Below, one piece after another: positions 38,026 to 49,670 of a DNA stretch of 64,000 nt. The stretch's first letter is position 1. Each line of letters starts with the position of its first letter. Below the pieces are notes generated by a model. That model searched no databases. It saw only the letters and a program-made list of their open reading frames with translations, and was not told the DNA's origin. A program made the position numbers and the translations under genes. The DNA comes from Podospora anserina (taxonomy: Eukaryota), in the NCBI GenBank assembly GCA_017654855.1, contig CM030335.1, positions 2,108,001 to 2,172,000 of the forward strand, given 5' to 3'.

Positions 38026-40320
38026 CTACATGTCAATAGCCTGGGTATCATCTCTCATCTCGTCACTCCCCAACTCCTTCTCCAGCTCGTCCGCCACAAA
38101 GCTCTCGTACTCCTCCAAGTTCTTCTGCACGTGCATCTTGAACTTGATCACGTCGTTCAGCATGCGCATCGTCTCGGTATGCAGCTCCTCCCTGAGCGCG
38201 TTCGCCCGCAGCGTCAACTGTTCGTACCTGTTGATAGTCAGCAAAACGATCTCTGTAGGGTTGGTTTGGTGTCGGGGTCAAAACTCACTCAATGTTCGTA
38301 TTCATCTCCCTCTGCTCCATCAGCTGCACGCTCTCGCTCAGCTGCGCCCTCATCTTGGCCAGCTCCTTCTCCATCTTCTCAATCTGCGCGTCGCTCGCCA
38401 TCTTTTGCGCGCTCGTCGACTCCTTGGTCTTCTCATACTCCTCCTCCGCCGCCCTCACCCGGTGCTGCAGCGCCTCCACCTCGTTCCTCTTGTCCTCAAT
38501 CGCCTCCTTGGCCCGGTCCAGCAGGTCATGATCCTCCATCATCACGTCCAGCGCCTGTTTTCTCCGTTCCGACACCTCTTTCCTCAGCACCAAGAAGCTG
38601 TTCTTAACCTCCCCGCGCAGGTCCAAGTTCAGGATATGTGCCGGCTGATACCCCGTCGTCGAGTCCTGCAGAAGCCTATCCCCTGTCCCGCCGCGGCCGA
38701 CGACGACGGCCCCAGCGACGACGAAAAGTCCGACGGCCCATCATTCACCGTAACCTGCAGCTCGTACTCCTTCCCCTTGGCGTTGACCGCAGTAGCCGGT
38801 ATCAGCCCGATCTGATAGGCCACCGTGTTGAACTTGTCCACCGCCCTCTCCAGCTCCTCCAACCTCCTGCTCGCCTCCAGCTCCCGATCCAGCACCTTCC
38901 GCTTCACGTCCTCCAGCCGCAGATTGGCAGACTCTATCTCCCTCTGCAGACGCTCCCGGTTCCCGGTCATCCGGTCGATATCCTGCATGCTGATCCCCTG
39001 CTCATCCACCGCCCTCTGCAGCCTCCTCCTCTCCTCCTCCGCCTCCCTCACCTCGTCGACCAGCTTCTCCAACTCCTGCTGCAGAATCCGATTCTTCGCC
39101 TCGTACCTGTCGGACTTTTCCGAAACCAGCGTGTTGTACTCCTCAAACTTGGCCCTGTCCTCCTGCATGATCTTGAAGTGATTGTCCAGCACCGCCGGGT
39201 CAGGCGTGCTCTTCTCCAGCTCCTCAATCTCTTTCTGCAACCTCTCGTTCTCCGCCTCCAGCATCTTGAGCTCCTCACAGTACTTTGCATTCCCGTCGTG
39301 AAACTCGGCCGCCATCCTCTCCACATGCGGCGCCAGCGCGGCCTCGACATCCTCATCCCCCGCGTCATCATCCATGTTGAGCCAGTTCTGGTATGCTCGC
39401 GTCAAGAAGTTGAAAATGATGGTGTCCCCCGTGACGTCGACCCCAGCCTCCAGACAAGCCTCGTCATACTGGTTGTGAGCATACCGATCGAGCATCTGCG
39501 CCAGCTGCATCATCCAGTGCAGCAAACCCAGAAACGTGCTCCAGTTCTGTCCTCCCACGGCCGCGATTTGGGATTTCGTGATGCTCTTCTCGTATGGGTA
39601 GCGCATTTGCTTCAGGAGGGGGGGCACTTCTTGGTCAATGTTCTTCTGGAAGCGATAGCTGGGGTCGATGCGCCTGTAGAGCCACTGGAACATGAAATTG
39701 AAGTCTTTTTGGGTGGGGGACTTGATGAAGTTGTCCGAGAGCTTGTGGCTCATCTCCATCTCAAAGTTGTTTTGGGCGAGGTATTCGACGAGTTCCTGGC
39801 CCAGTCGGTTCTGGTAGGACCGGTCTCGGAGCGGACGGGGGTCGCGGGGGACGCCGGCTGCTTGGGGGGCTTGTTGGAAGAAGCTTTGGTGGCCGCCCGT
39901 TGGGATGCCCATCCCGCCGCTGCTCGGGCCGCCGACGCCCGAGGGACGGGCCCGGTAGACGCTGCTGCTGCGGCGGTCGTTGTCTTGACTGCTCGAGGGT
40001 CCTCCGCCGGCGGTGTGGTAGGACGGTTTTAGGGAGGTGGTGTTGCTGCCGCCGCCAGTGTAGGCCGATACCGAGGCGCGCTTGACCGAGGAGAGACCTA
40101 CGTCGGCGAGGTTGGTGCCGGAGGAGGAGCGCTGGAACATGGGCTGGTTTGGACGTTGCAAGGCCAGGGAGTGGCGCGAGCCGGACATGGAGCGCGCATG
40201 GCTGGCTGGGCCGCCGATGCTGCCAATGTGGGATTGTCGCTTCATGGCGGAGGGGGGCTGGGGGATGGCAGAGTTGAGGTTGAGACCCCCGAGGGTCTCG
40301 CGCGGTCGACGGCTCGACAT
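38026..40320 (-). CDS. NDC80: Kinetochore protein Ndc80/Hec1; intron 38288-38228; apparent 1-nt frameshift near 38680
   Basis: [56 protein letters not shown] (HEC1 CH domain), long coiled coil, C-terminal [16 protein letters not shown]. Confidence 0.92.
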
Positions 40321-40956
40321 GGTTGGTGATGTCAAAAAAAAAATTTGGGCTAGAGGGCTGGTCCCCCCCTGTCGCTCACACACGCCCCTCCTGTTGTTTT
40401 GCACGGTGAGTTTGCCCAGTACGCCGGCGTATCGCGGGATGGTTGCTTGGCCCGAGGGATATGCGCAAACGAGGGGTGAGTCGGTACTTTCGTCGAGGTA
40501 TCGAGAGGTTTGTCGTCGAGGTTCGCAGCAAGGTCGTTTTGGCAAGTCGCTGGGCAACAGCGGCGACAGGAGCGTTGCGACAACTGGCGAGAGCGACACT
40601 TTGCTGTACAGCGCTCGGTTGCTGTGGTAAACAAAACATGCGGGCGGGGCAGTTCATTGGCCGGCCCCGCCCTCCGCTACTCTGGAAGGGCTTGGCAGGT
40701 GACACGTGATGCCGGCCATTCAAATCCGGGGGGGAAAGCACCCATGGCAAGAGTTCCGCTGAAAGAGGAAACAAGGGGCACGGGCCGGCATGAACCTCGG
40801 CTTCCCGCGCGCCATTGCATTTCCCAAACGGTCGTCATCAGCTACTACTTTTTGGTCTTCTTCAGCCCCAAACGCGTCCTCCAGTTTCATCAATTCCTGC
40901 TCTTCCACAGAAAAGGGGCTTGATCTCAAGAGGAGGGAGATACGACATATACGAAT

Positions 40957-42190
40957 ATGGCTATTCGTGAGGAGCTTGTCGCTTCGGCAGCGACGTGTAG
41001 GTTGACCTAGACCGACCCAGGATCGAGACATCCGGATGCATGCTGATTTCCACTGTCATCTAGTCCTGCAAGACCCCAGCGTCGCCGCGTCCCCGATCGA
41101 GAAGAAGGTCGCCTTCCTGCAAGCAAAGAACCTGACCCAGGAAGAGGTAAACGCTGCCCTCGCTCGCGTCGGTGCTGGCGTAGCGCCGCCACAAGCATAC
41201 ACATCCCAGGCCGTAGTCCCAGCACAACAGCAACAACAACACCAACCACCCCAACAGTACTACGGGCAGCAATACCCCCCACAGCAGCAATACCCCCCAT
41301 ACGGATGGCAACCACAACCACAGCAGCAAACCGTCCCACCTCGGCGTGATTGGCGTGACTGGTTCATAATGGCTACCGTCGTCAGCGGCGTCTCCTACGG
41401 CCTCTTCTCCCTAGGGAAGCGCTACGTCTACCCCCTCATCGCCCCCCCAACCCCCGAACGGCTGGAGCGAGACAAGAAATCCATCGACGAGCAATTCGAA
41501 AAGACGTTTGCCTTGGTGGAGCAGCTGGCCAAAGACACGGAAGCCCTCAAGGCCGCCGAGACGGAACGCACCGAAAAGCTCGACACGGCCCTTAACGAAC
41601 TCGAGACGGTGATCGGAGACCTCAAGTCGGCCAACCGCCGCCGCGACGACGAGGCGCAGCGGGTTAGGGATGACGTCCAGAGCCTCAAGGACTCGATCCC
41701 CCGCGCGTTGAACAACCAAAAGGACCTCACTGACACCAGGCTGAGGGAGGTCAATGCTGAGCTCAAGAGCTTGAAGACGTTGATCACGCAGCGGATGAAC
41801 CCGACTGCCACTTCGACCAGTGTGAATAATTATCTTCGCCCGTCCACCGGCGGAACCACTCCTGCTGCTAGCCCGGCTGCTGTGACGCCCGCGGCCCCGG
41901 CTACGGTTGAGAATGGGGATGAAGCTCCCAAGACTACGACGTATTCGGATTATTTGACTGGTAACCACAACCGGACCGGTTCCGCTTCTGCCTCGTCGCC
42001 TTTTAACAGCGGGATGACGGCCAAGGCGTCGATTCCAGCTTGGCAAATGATGGCTTCGAAGAAGGGTGCTGCTGCTGCGGCGGCGGGGCCGTCGTCGTCG
42101 TCGTCGTCGACGGAGGGTGGTGAGGCGGCGGCGGCGGCGGTGGCGGGGAGCAGTGGGAACAGCACTGATACCCCTGCTGCGAGCTCGTAG
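40957..42190 (+). CDS. PEX14: Peroxisomal docking protein Pex14; exons 40957-40996, 41064-42190
   Basis: MAIREELVASAATFLQDPSVAASPIEKKVAFLQAKNLTQEEV, RDWRDWFIMAT, coiled coil, SIPAWQM. Confidence 0.97.
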
Positions 42191-43421
42191 GGGGGGCTAT
42201 AGTGGTGCTGGGGTGGATGCCACAAGAGGAAGTGGAGGAGGAGGAGGAGAAGAAGGAGGAGGAAGAGCCGGCGACATGTCGCTGGCAGCATGTGATGAGA
42301 GGATCAACAGTTGGATATATGACTAATGTGTACCGGTCAGCGGGGTAGTGTTATGGGGGGGTTGTGGCTTTTGTACCAGTAACATTATACTACAGTATTG
42401 GAGGGTTTTTTTTTCGCTCAGACATTGTGTCACAAATATTTCGCAGCGGGCATTATTAGGTTTTTTAAGCATTTGGTCATCTCATGAGATGTGATTCATG
42501 TCGGGGCAATTGTGATGGATGGTTCTGTTTTGACTTATGCAGGTTGGTATGGTTCTCTGGCTTCTCCGGACTCGCGGGCTGTTATAAGAGTGCGGGTGTC
42601 CCCCCTCGATCGACTCGACATCAATAAACAAACAAACGGAGGAGGGAAGCATTTGACCCGACAGTTTGGACAGGTGTGGGGAGCGAACGGTAAGTGTATG
42701 AACTTTCCCATGTTGAGGCTACATAAGTTTGGCATGTGCTGATTGGGTTTCGGGGGGAGACAAATGGCACCACATTGGCATTGCGGGAAGCGGGAGGTGC
42801 AGTAGGCTGACAAAGCTGTACTAGCGAAAACAAAGGTTGCCAATGCCGGGGCGGGGAGAGGGGGGTGGAAGCCGAGGTACAGGTTTTTGGTGGCGGTGTT
42901 GGTGGTTGTTGGTGGTGACGGTGGTAGTGGTGGTATGTCTCTCTTTCATCCCAACTTTTTTTGTTGATAGACAGGCAGGAAGAAGGTTCTTGGCGGGCAT
43001 AGCAATGTTGACATGGCTGCTGGGTTTCAACATGACGTGCGGATCTCGCCATGTCTGCCTGGGGTAGTGGGAGTGTTATGGGATGAGAGAGGAATCATTG
43101 GATGATGGAGGGGGGTGGAAGGGAACTTGTACAAAGTGGGATTTGCTTGCGAGTGGGATGGATGGGTTGGTGGGTGGTGGGCCAGATCTGAAAGAAAAGA
43201 ACCCCTGTCAGAGCTACTAACTCTACTACCACTACAACGCCGTTGACGGAGGATGTATTGATATATTTCGACCTCGCTGCTTTTTTCATCCCTCGGTTTC
43301 TCAACCATTATTCTATCTTCTTCAGTCTGTCTGGCCACTCTGCCTCTTTTTCTTTTTGGTCAATATCATTTTGATACAGCCCCTTTTCCTTCAGTTCTCT
43401 TCATCTTACCTCACCACCACA

Positions 43422-45077
43422 ATGACCACCACCACACTCCAAGAAGAAACCCTCACCGCCGCCTCCCTGGCAGGCGGCGATGTCCCCCCCACCGTCTCCT
43501 CAACCCAACCACCAACCTCGGACCCATCAACCTACAAATTCCTCAAGGCCATGCTCCCCCACCTCCCCTTGCTCCTCCGCACCGCCGTCCTCCACCTCCT
43601 CCGCCTCTCCCCCCAGTCCCCCTACCTAGACCTCAAAACCGCCCTCATCGTCAGCGTCCTCCGCGCCTACATCAACCCCCCCAACCCAAAGACCATCTCC
43701 GAAACCAAACACTTCCTCAACCGCTTCCCCAGCATCAAAGGCAAGATCTGGGTCGCCACCTACTCCATCCCAACCCCCACCCCAGAAACCCAAACCGCCA
43801 TCCAATCCCTCTTTTCCAGCGCCATCACCGCCCTCTCCCACGATGGAAAAACTCGTCTGCCGTCAATGCCCGAGGTGAGGAGTGTGGAAGGTGAATGGAC
43901 GGGCTACCGCGCCAACGCCACTTCCTCCAGCCGTCTCCCGGAGGGTTTGTCACAGGGGGAGCTGTACAGCGAAATGATGAAGGAAGCAACCGGCAAGTCA
44001 ACAATCCTCTACTTCCACGGCGGCGCCTACTGGCTCATGGACCCGGCCACTCACCGCCCCACAACAAAAACACTGGCCAAAGTCACCGGGGGGAGGTGCT
44101 TCAGTGTGCGGTACCGTCTCGCGCCAGAGGACCCGTTTCCGGCGGCGGTGATGGACGGGTTGGTGGCTTACCTGGGGCTTTTATACCCGGAAGAGGGGGC
44201 TTTTCACGCTGCTGTTCCGGCGGAGGAGATTGTTTTTGCGGGTGATAGGTAGGTACCTCTTCCCTTCCCACCCCCCACCTTTTTTTTTCTTTTTTTTTTC
44301 TTTTTTTCCCCCCTTCTCCCACATATCACTAACGTTTTTTTCCTTTTTCCCCCCTATTCTAGTGCTGGTGGCAACCTCTGCTTGTCGCTGTTGCAGCTCA
44401 TCCTCCACCTTCACAGATCAGGCCGGAAGGAAGTGATGTACAACGGCAGAACAGTCGACATCCCAATCCCGGCAGGCCTGGCGTTGAACTCCCCCTGGAC
44501 GGACGTCACCCACTCCTCCCCGTCTTGTGTGTCAAACGCACCGTTTGATTACCTACCCGAACCATCTGTTCTCCACTCTGCAGAATCCAAACGCCCTGCT
44601 TGCTCCATCTGGCCTTCTACCCCAAAACGTCGCCACATTTATGTCTCTGACGAATTGATGACCCACCCGCTGGTGTCGGTGGTTCTGGCAAAGAGCTGGG
44701 AGGGAGCGCCGCCGGTTTACATCTGTACAGGCTGGGAGCTGCTCGCGGATGAGGATAAGTATCTCGCGAAAAAGATGTGGGAAGAGGACGGGGTGAGGGT
44801 TAGGTTGGAGGAGTACGAGGGCATGCCGCACTGTTTTGGGTTGATTTTCCCGGGCTTGAAGGAGGCGAGGAGGTGTTTTTCAGGGTGGGGGGGGTTTATC
44901 AAGGAGGTTGTTGAGGGAAGTGGGGAGAGGGGGAGTAGGTTCTTGACTGTTAGGGCGGGGACGCTGGAGGAGGTGGAGAGGAAGGGGGAGGAGGTTAGTC
45001 GGATGAGGGGGGAGGTGGTCAGGAGGAGGATGGAGGGGATGTTGAGGGGAGGGCCGGAGGCGGTTGCGAAGTTGTGA
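43422..45077 (+). CDS. Alpha/beta hydrolase, HSL/abhydrolase_3 family (acetyl-hydrolase/lipase-like); intron 44249-44362
   Basis: LYFHGGAY, YRLAPEDPFPAA, GDSAGG formed across the intron, SPWTD, ELLADE, GMPHCF. Confidence 0.92.
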
Positions 45078-45368
45078 GAGGGGGTTTGATGATCTGGGAG
45101 TTTTGGAAAAGTGGAAGCGGGCGTTTTGGTTTGGGGGTTGGGGATTGGGGATTTTTTGACGTACATGGAAGGAAGGAAAAATAACATACCTGCATTATAA
45201 TAATGTATAATCCGATAGCTCCTAGTTGGCAGATATCTTGGTGTCTTTTCATCCTGGCTGGTGGCTTGAATCTGTACTGACATATCCAAGCCAGTTCAGG
45301 TTTACTCTGTCGGCTAACTGGAAAGTGCCAGCAACCAGTCAACCAGGCTAACCATCTCTACATTCACC

Positions 45369-45371
<3 letters not shown>

Positions 45372-45423
<52 letters not shown>
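45372..45423 (+). repeat. (CT)n microsatellite
   Basis: Directly visible. Confidence 0.95.
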
Positions 45424-45427
<4 letters not shown>

Positions 45428-45646
45428 CCCTCACTTACATTTTCCTCAACCGCTCGACAGGGGCCCTTCCCCAGAAAGAATCCCAAAATCCCACCATGAG
45501 CCGGGACCCACATGGTATCATTTCTTGGCAACACTCTTTTGCATCTCACTCTCACCTTTCCCATCTCTCACCCTTCACCTTCACCTTCACCCACCACTCC
45601 CCATCTCCCCTTCCCACCTCCCGTGTGGCCCCCAACTCGGCCCAAA

Positions 45647-47143
45647 ATGGACAAGCACCTCAAAACCCTCCACTCCCTCTCCAAAACCCTCACCACCCTC
45701 CACCAAACCCGCACCCCTTACCGCATCAACCACGGCTCAACAAACTCCACCCGCCCACGCCCTTCCTCCGGCACAGCAACAGTCGACATCTCCAGCCTGA
45801 ACAACGTCTTATCCGTCAACAAAGCAACCAAAACCGCCCTCGTGGAACCAAACGTCCCAATGGACAAGCTGGTCGAAGCTACCCTCCCCCACGGCCTGAT
45901 CCCCCCGGTAGTGATGGAGTTCCCAGGCATCACCGCCGGCGGCGGATTCGCGGGCACAGCAGGGGAATCCTCCAGCTTCAAGCACGGCTTCTTCGACGAC
46001 ACGGTCAGACAAGTGGAGATGGTTCTCGGAGACGGGAAGATCGTACGGTTCGGACCTGACGACGAAGAAAAAGGGGACTTGTTCCGCGGAGCGGCCGGTG
46101 CGGTGGGCACGCTGGGGGTCACGACGTGTCTGGAGATTCGGCTGATGGACGCGAAAAAGTTTGTCAAGACGAGATACCACCGTGCCAGGAGCGTGGCCGA
46201 GGCGGTCGAGGTGATCAGGCGGGAGGTCAGGAACGACGACAACGACTTCGTGGACGGCATCCTCTTCAGCAGGGACCACGGCGTGGTCGTCACGGGCGAG
46301 CTCACCGATGTCAAGCCCCGGGCGGCAGAACCACGGACGTTTTCCCGCGCGTGGGACCAGTGGTTTTACCTCCACGCTCAGAACCAACAACAGTCCGAGG
46401 AGTACATCCCCCTGGCGGAATACCTCTTCCGGTACGACCGCGGCGGCTTCTGGGTTGGCGCCGCGGCCTTTGAGTACTTCAAATTCGTCCCCTTTACCCG
46501 GTTCTCCCGCTGGTTTCTGGATGACTTTTTGCACACCAGGATGATGTACCGCGCGTTGCACGGGTCGGGCGAGAGCGCGAGGTTTGTTGTGCAGGATGTC
46601 GCCATGCCGTTCGAGACCACCGAGGCGTTTGTGGATTACACTGCCGAGTCGCTGAACATCTGGCCTCTTTGGCTGTGTCCGCTCAGGCGGAGGGCTCCGC
46701 CGACGTTTCACCCTTTTACCACTGTTCCGGAGGGGGTCGTCAGGGAAGAAGAAGACATGATGCTCAATGTGGGCGTTTGGGGATGGGGGCCGGACGAACC
46801 GGCAAGGTTTGTCGAAAAGAACAGGGAGTTGGAGGCAAAAGTCAGGGAGCTGGGGGGCATGAAGTGGCTGTATGCGCACACGTATTACGCCCAGGACGAG
46901 TTTTGGGACATGTACAACGGCAGGGGGTGGTATGACGAGCTGAGGGAAAAGTACAATGCCGGCCACCTGCCGAGCGTCTGGGACAAGGTCCACGTTGACC
47001 CCGAGGCAGCCGGGAACAAGAAGAGGCACTGGCTCAAGAGGCAGGTGCCGCTGGGGGGGTTTTATGGTATTTGGAAGAGTATTCAGAGCAAGGATTATTT
47101 CCTGCATCGGAATGCGGCCTGGAAGTGGAAGGGGGAGGAGTGA
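45647..47143 (+). CDS. FAD-binding Delta24-sterol reductase (DHCR24/DWF1)-like protein
   Basis: VEPNVPMDKLV..PVVMEFPGITAGGGFAGTAGESSSFKHGFF, YLFRYDRGGFW, VVQDVAMP, IWPLWLCP, KWLYAHTYY..FWDMY..YDELREKY..LPSVWDKV. Confidence 0.88.
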   Translation: MDKHLKTLHSLSKTLTTLHQTRTPYRINHGSTNSTRPRPSSGTATVDISSLNNVLSVNKATKTALVEPNVPMDKLVEATLPHGLIPPVVMEFPGITAGGGFAGTAGESSSFKHGFFDDTVRQVEMVLGDGKIVRFGPDDEEKGDLFRGAAGAVGTLGVTTCLEIRLMDAKKFVKTRYHRARSVAEAVEVIRREVRNDDNDFVDGILFSRDHGVVVTGELTDVKPRAAEPRTFSRAWDQWFYLHAQNQQQSEEYIPLAEYLFRYDRGGFWVGAAAFEYFKFVPFTRFSRWFLDDFLHTRMMYRALHGSGESARFVVQDVAMPFETTEAFVDYTAESLNIWPLWLCPLRRRAPPTFHPFTTVPEGVVREEEDMMLNVGVWGWGPDEPARFVEKNRELEAKVRELGGMKWLYAHTYYAQDEFWDMYNGRGWYDELREKYNAGHLPSVWDKVHVDPEAAGNKKRHWLKRQVPLGGFYGIWKSIQSKDYFLHRNAAWKWKGEE

Positions 47144-47994
47144 GCGGTGATGGGTGGGAGTGTGTGTGTTGATATTGTATAGATAGATAATAAGTATACG
47201 TGACTAAAATGGGTATGGATAATGTAAGACAATCCTACTTGGTATCATTCAGACAGCATAAACCGGCCAAGCAGCACTTTTGATTCTTCATACAACTCCC
47301 TGTCACAAACAGCAACCTCAGTCAAGACACACACATGAGTTTACTCCTTGTATTTCTCTCACTCCTCTCGTTCACCCTCTTTTCGGACCCCAGACTAACC
47401 TAACGAAAACAAAACACAAACGAAAATACTCGAAACACGCCCCTAGGCACCAAAAAAAGCCACAAGAAAAAAAAAAGACAAGCATAATAGATAACCACCC
47501 ACTCCTCTCATCCACCTCTGCCGCCTATCGTACAAATTGTTCTTGGTTGTCCGTGCTCACCCCTCCCCTTCGTAGCTAAAACGTATGAATAGGTAGGCCG
47601 AACAGTCGCCAGAGCGCTCAAATGATATACACAAAAACGTAAAAACAAAATAATCTTTTCGACCAAACAGTCAAAGGCCACCGCCTCCAGAGAAGATACC
47701 GAGGGGGGAAAAAAAACAAAAAAAAAACAAAAAAAGGAGACATGTCCGTCGGGACTTGAGGTATGTTAAATGTAATTGTTGATAATCGTTCCCAACAGTG
47801 TGGGTATTGGTCCTTCGATGTGGTTCCATCACCAACGTGATGTCCATCATATGTTGTGTATCCACGTGGATATGGTGTGGTGTTCTTTTTCGTGGGAGTT
47901 CCTCGTGGTGTGTTTGTGCTTCGTTCCCCAAAAACTCTGCCAAGGGTCGGTTGTGACACTCCGTGTCCAGATCTCAGTGCGCGTCACGTCGAGT

Positions 47995-49499
47995 TTACCC
48001 ACTCGCCCAGAAAGCCAAGGCAATAATCATGTAAAGCCCCAGCAACATGGCTCCCTCCAGGTAGTTTGACTTGCCGTCCTGCACCGTGTATGTCACCACG
48101 AGCACCGACACAGCAAAAGCCACCGTCTGGAATGTCTCGAATCTGAGTGTCATGGGCACACCTATCGCCCAGCCCAGCAGAACCAACGACGGAGTCACCA
48201 GCAGCGAAATCTGGATGCTAGACCCAATCGCAACACCCATGGCCAGATCCATCTTGTTCTTCACAGCCACCACACAGGCAGTAACATGCTCCGCCGCGTT
48301 GCCGACAATCGGGATGAGAATCAAGCCGATAAAGGTCTTGTTGAGGGCACCGCTTTCGGCCACGGCGTCGATGCTGTTGACCATGTGGTCGGCGCAAAAG
48401 CTGATGACCAGGGTGGTGAGCAACAGCACGATACCAGCCGACCAGGGGCCAAGGAGCGGGTCGTGCTCCTCCTCCTCTCCAGCGTTGGGTCCAGCCTCGG
48501 ACTCGAACAGGCGCTTATGTGAACGGAGAGAGAAGATCAGGTACATGACGTAGAGAAAGAGCAAAACGACCGACGAGCAGCGAGAAAGAAGCAGGGCCAC
48601 CTCCTCCTTGTCCGAGCCGCTGTCCAGGACGCCGTACAGAGCGGCCGGCAGAATCATGGTTGCCGATGCAAGCGTCATGAGAGAGCATGTCGTCTGGGCC
48701 GTGCCCGCAGAGAAGCTCTGCTCAATCGCGTTTCCGTCGGCGTCGCGCATGTTGGTGAGGCCCCCGAGGAAGAAGCACATGCCCAGGACAAGCAAGAGGT
48801 TCGAGAGGATTGAGCCCAGCATGGAGGCCTGGACGATTTCCACCTGGTTGGCCCTCAAGGCCACGATACTGACCTGTTCAGACGTCAGCACGAGCCGGCT
48901 GGATGAACAGCATAGTGCTGAGAGGACATACAATAAGTTCGACGGCATTGCCCAACGTGGCGTTGACCAAGCCACCGAGAGTCTCGCCAAGCCGAGCAGC
49001 AATCTCCTCCGTCGCAAAGGAGAGGATGGCGGCGAGGGGGATGATGGCGAAGAAGTTGAGGGTGAAGACCAATGTTGGGTTCCACTCGTACGTGCCGGCG
49101 ATGAGCCCAAAGGGAACAAAAATAAGGAGAACGTTTATCCAAGCTGGTGTGCCGCTGTTAGATAACCTCCATGATATGGCTCAACGTCAAGCTAGGTAGG
49201 TGCTTACAGCTGAGCAATGTGATCTTGAAGACATTGAAGAAATGCGCCGGCAGCCGGACCAGAGCGTTGGGACTCTTGGTTCCAGGGCTGCTGGTGCGAT
49301 CAAGAAGAAGGTGTTTCCAAAAGTTGGCTTCGGAGCCGCCATTAGCGATCCTATGGCCCAAGAGGGGGCTCTCCTCGTCATCCATGCTGGGCGAGCCTGT
49401 TTCGTGAGGTGCTTTGCCGGTGGTTACTCGGCGCAAGATCTGGCGGGTTTGAACGTGAACTGTCAAGCTTGATAAGTAATTGATCAAGCCCTTGCCCAT
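47995..49499 (-). CDS. Vacuolar Ca2+/H+ exchanger (CAX/Vcx1 family); introns 49207-49144 and 48931-48874; start uncertain (49385, 49499 or a spliced upstream ATG near 49564)
   Basis: [72 protein letters not shown]. Confidence 0.9.
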
Positions 49500-49636
49500 G
49501 ATGATGGGTGAGATTGGAGAGTGAGATGCTGCTGTCTGGTGTCGCCGCGGTCACTGACTCTCATGGCGATGCGCGCACAGTAGCGGTAGGAGAGAGAGCT
49601 GACAAGAAGACAAATTACCTCTCCAGGAGGATGAAG

Positions 49637-49670
49637 GTAGGTAAGGTAAGGTAAGGTAAGGTAAGGTAGG
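49637..49670 (+). repeat. (GTAAG/GTAG)n short tandem repeat
   Basis: gtaggtaaggtaaggtaaggtaaggtaaggtagg. Confidence 0.85.

Noticed and set aside
38638-40032. 464-aa + strand ORF, and similar antisense ORFs at 7142-8215, 45809-47107 and 23588-24280
   Set aside because: Antisense shadows of real genes caused by codon bias; no independent motifs.
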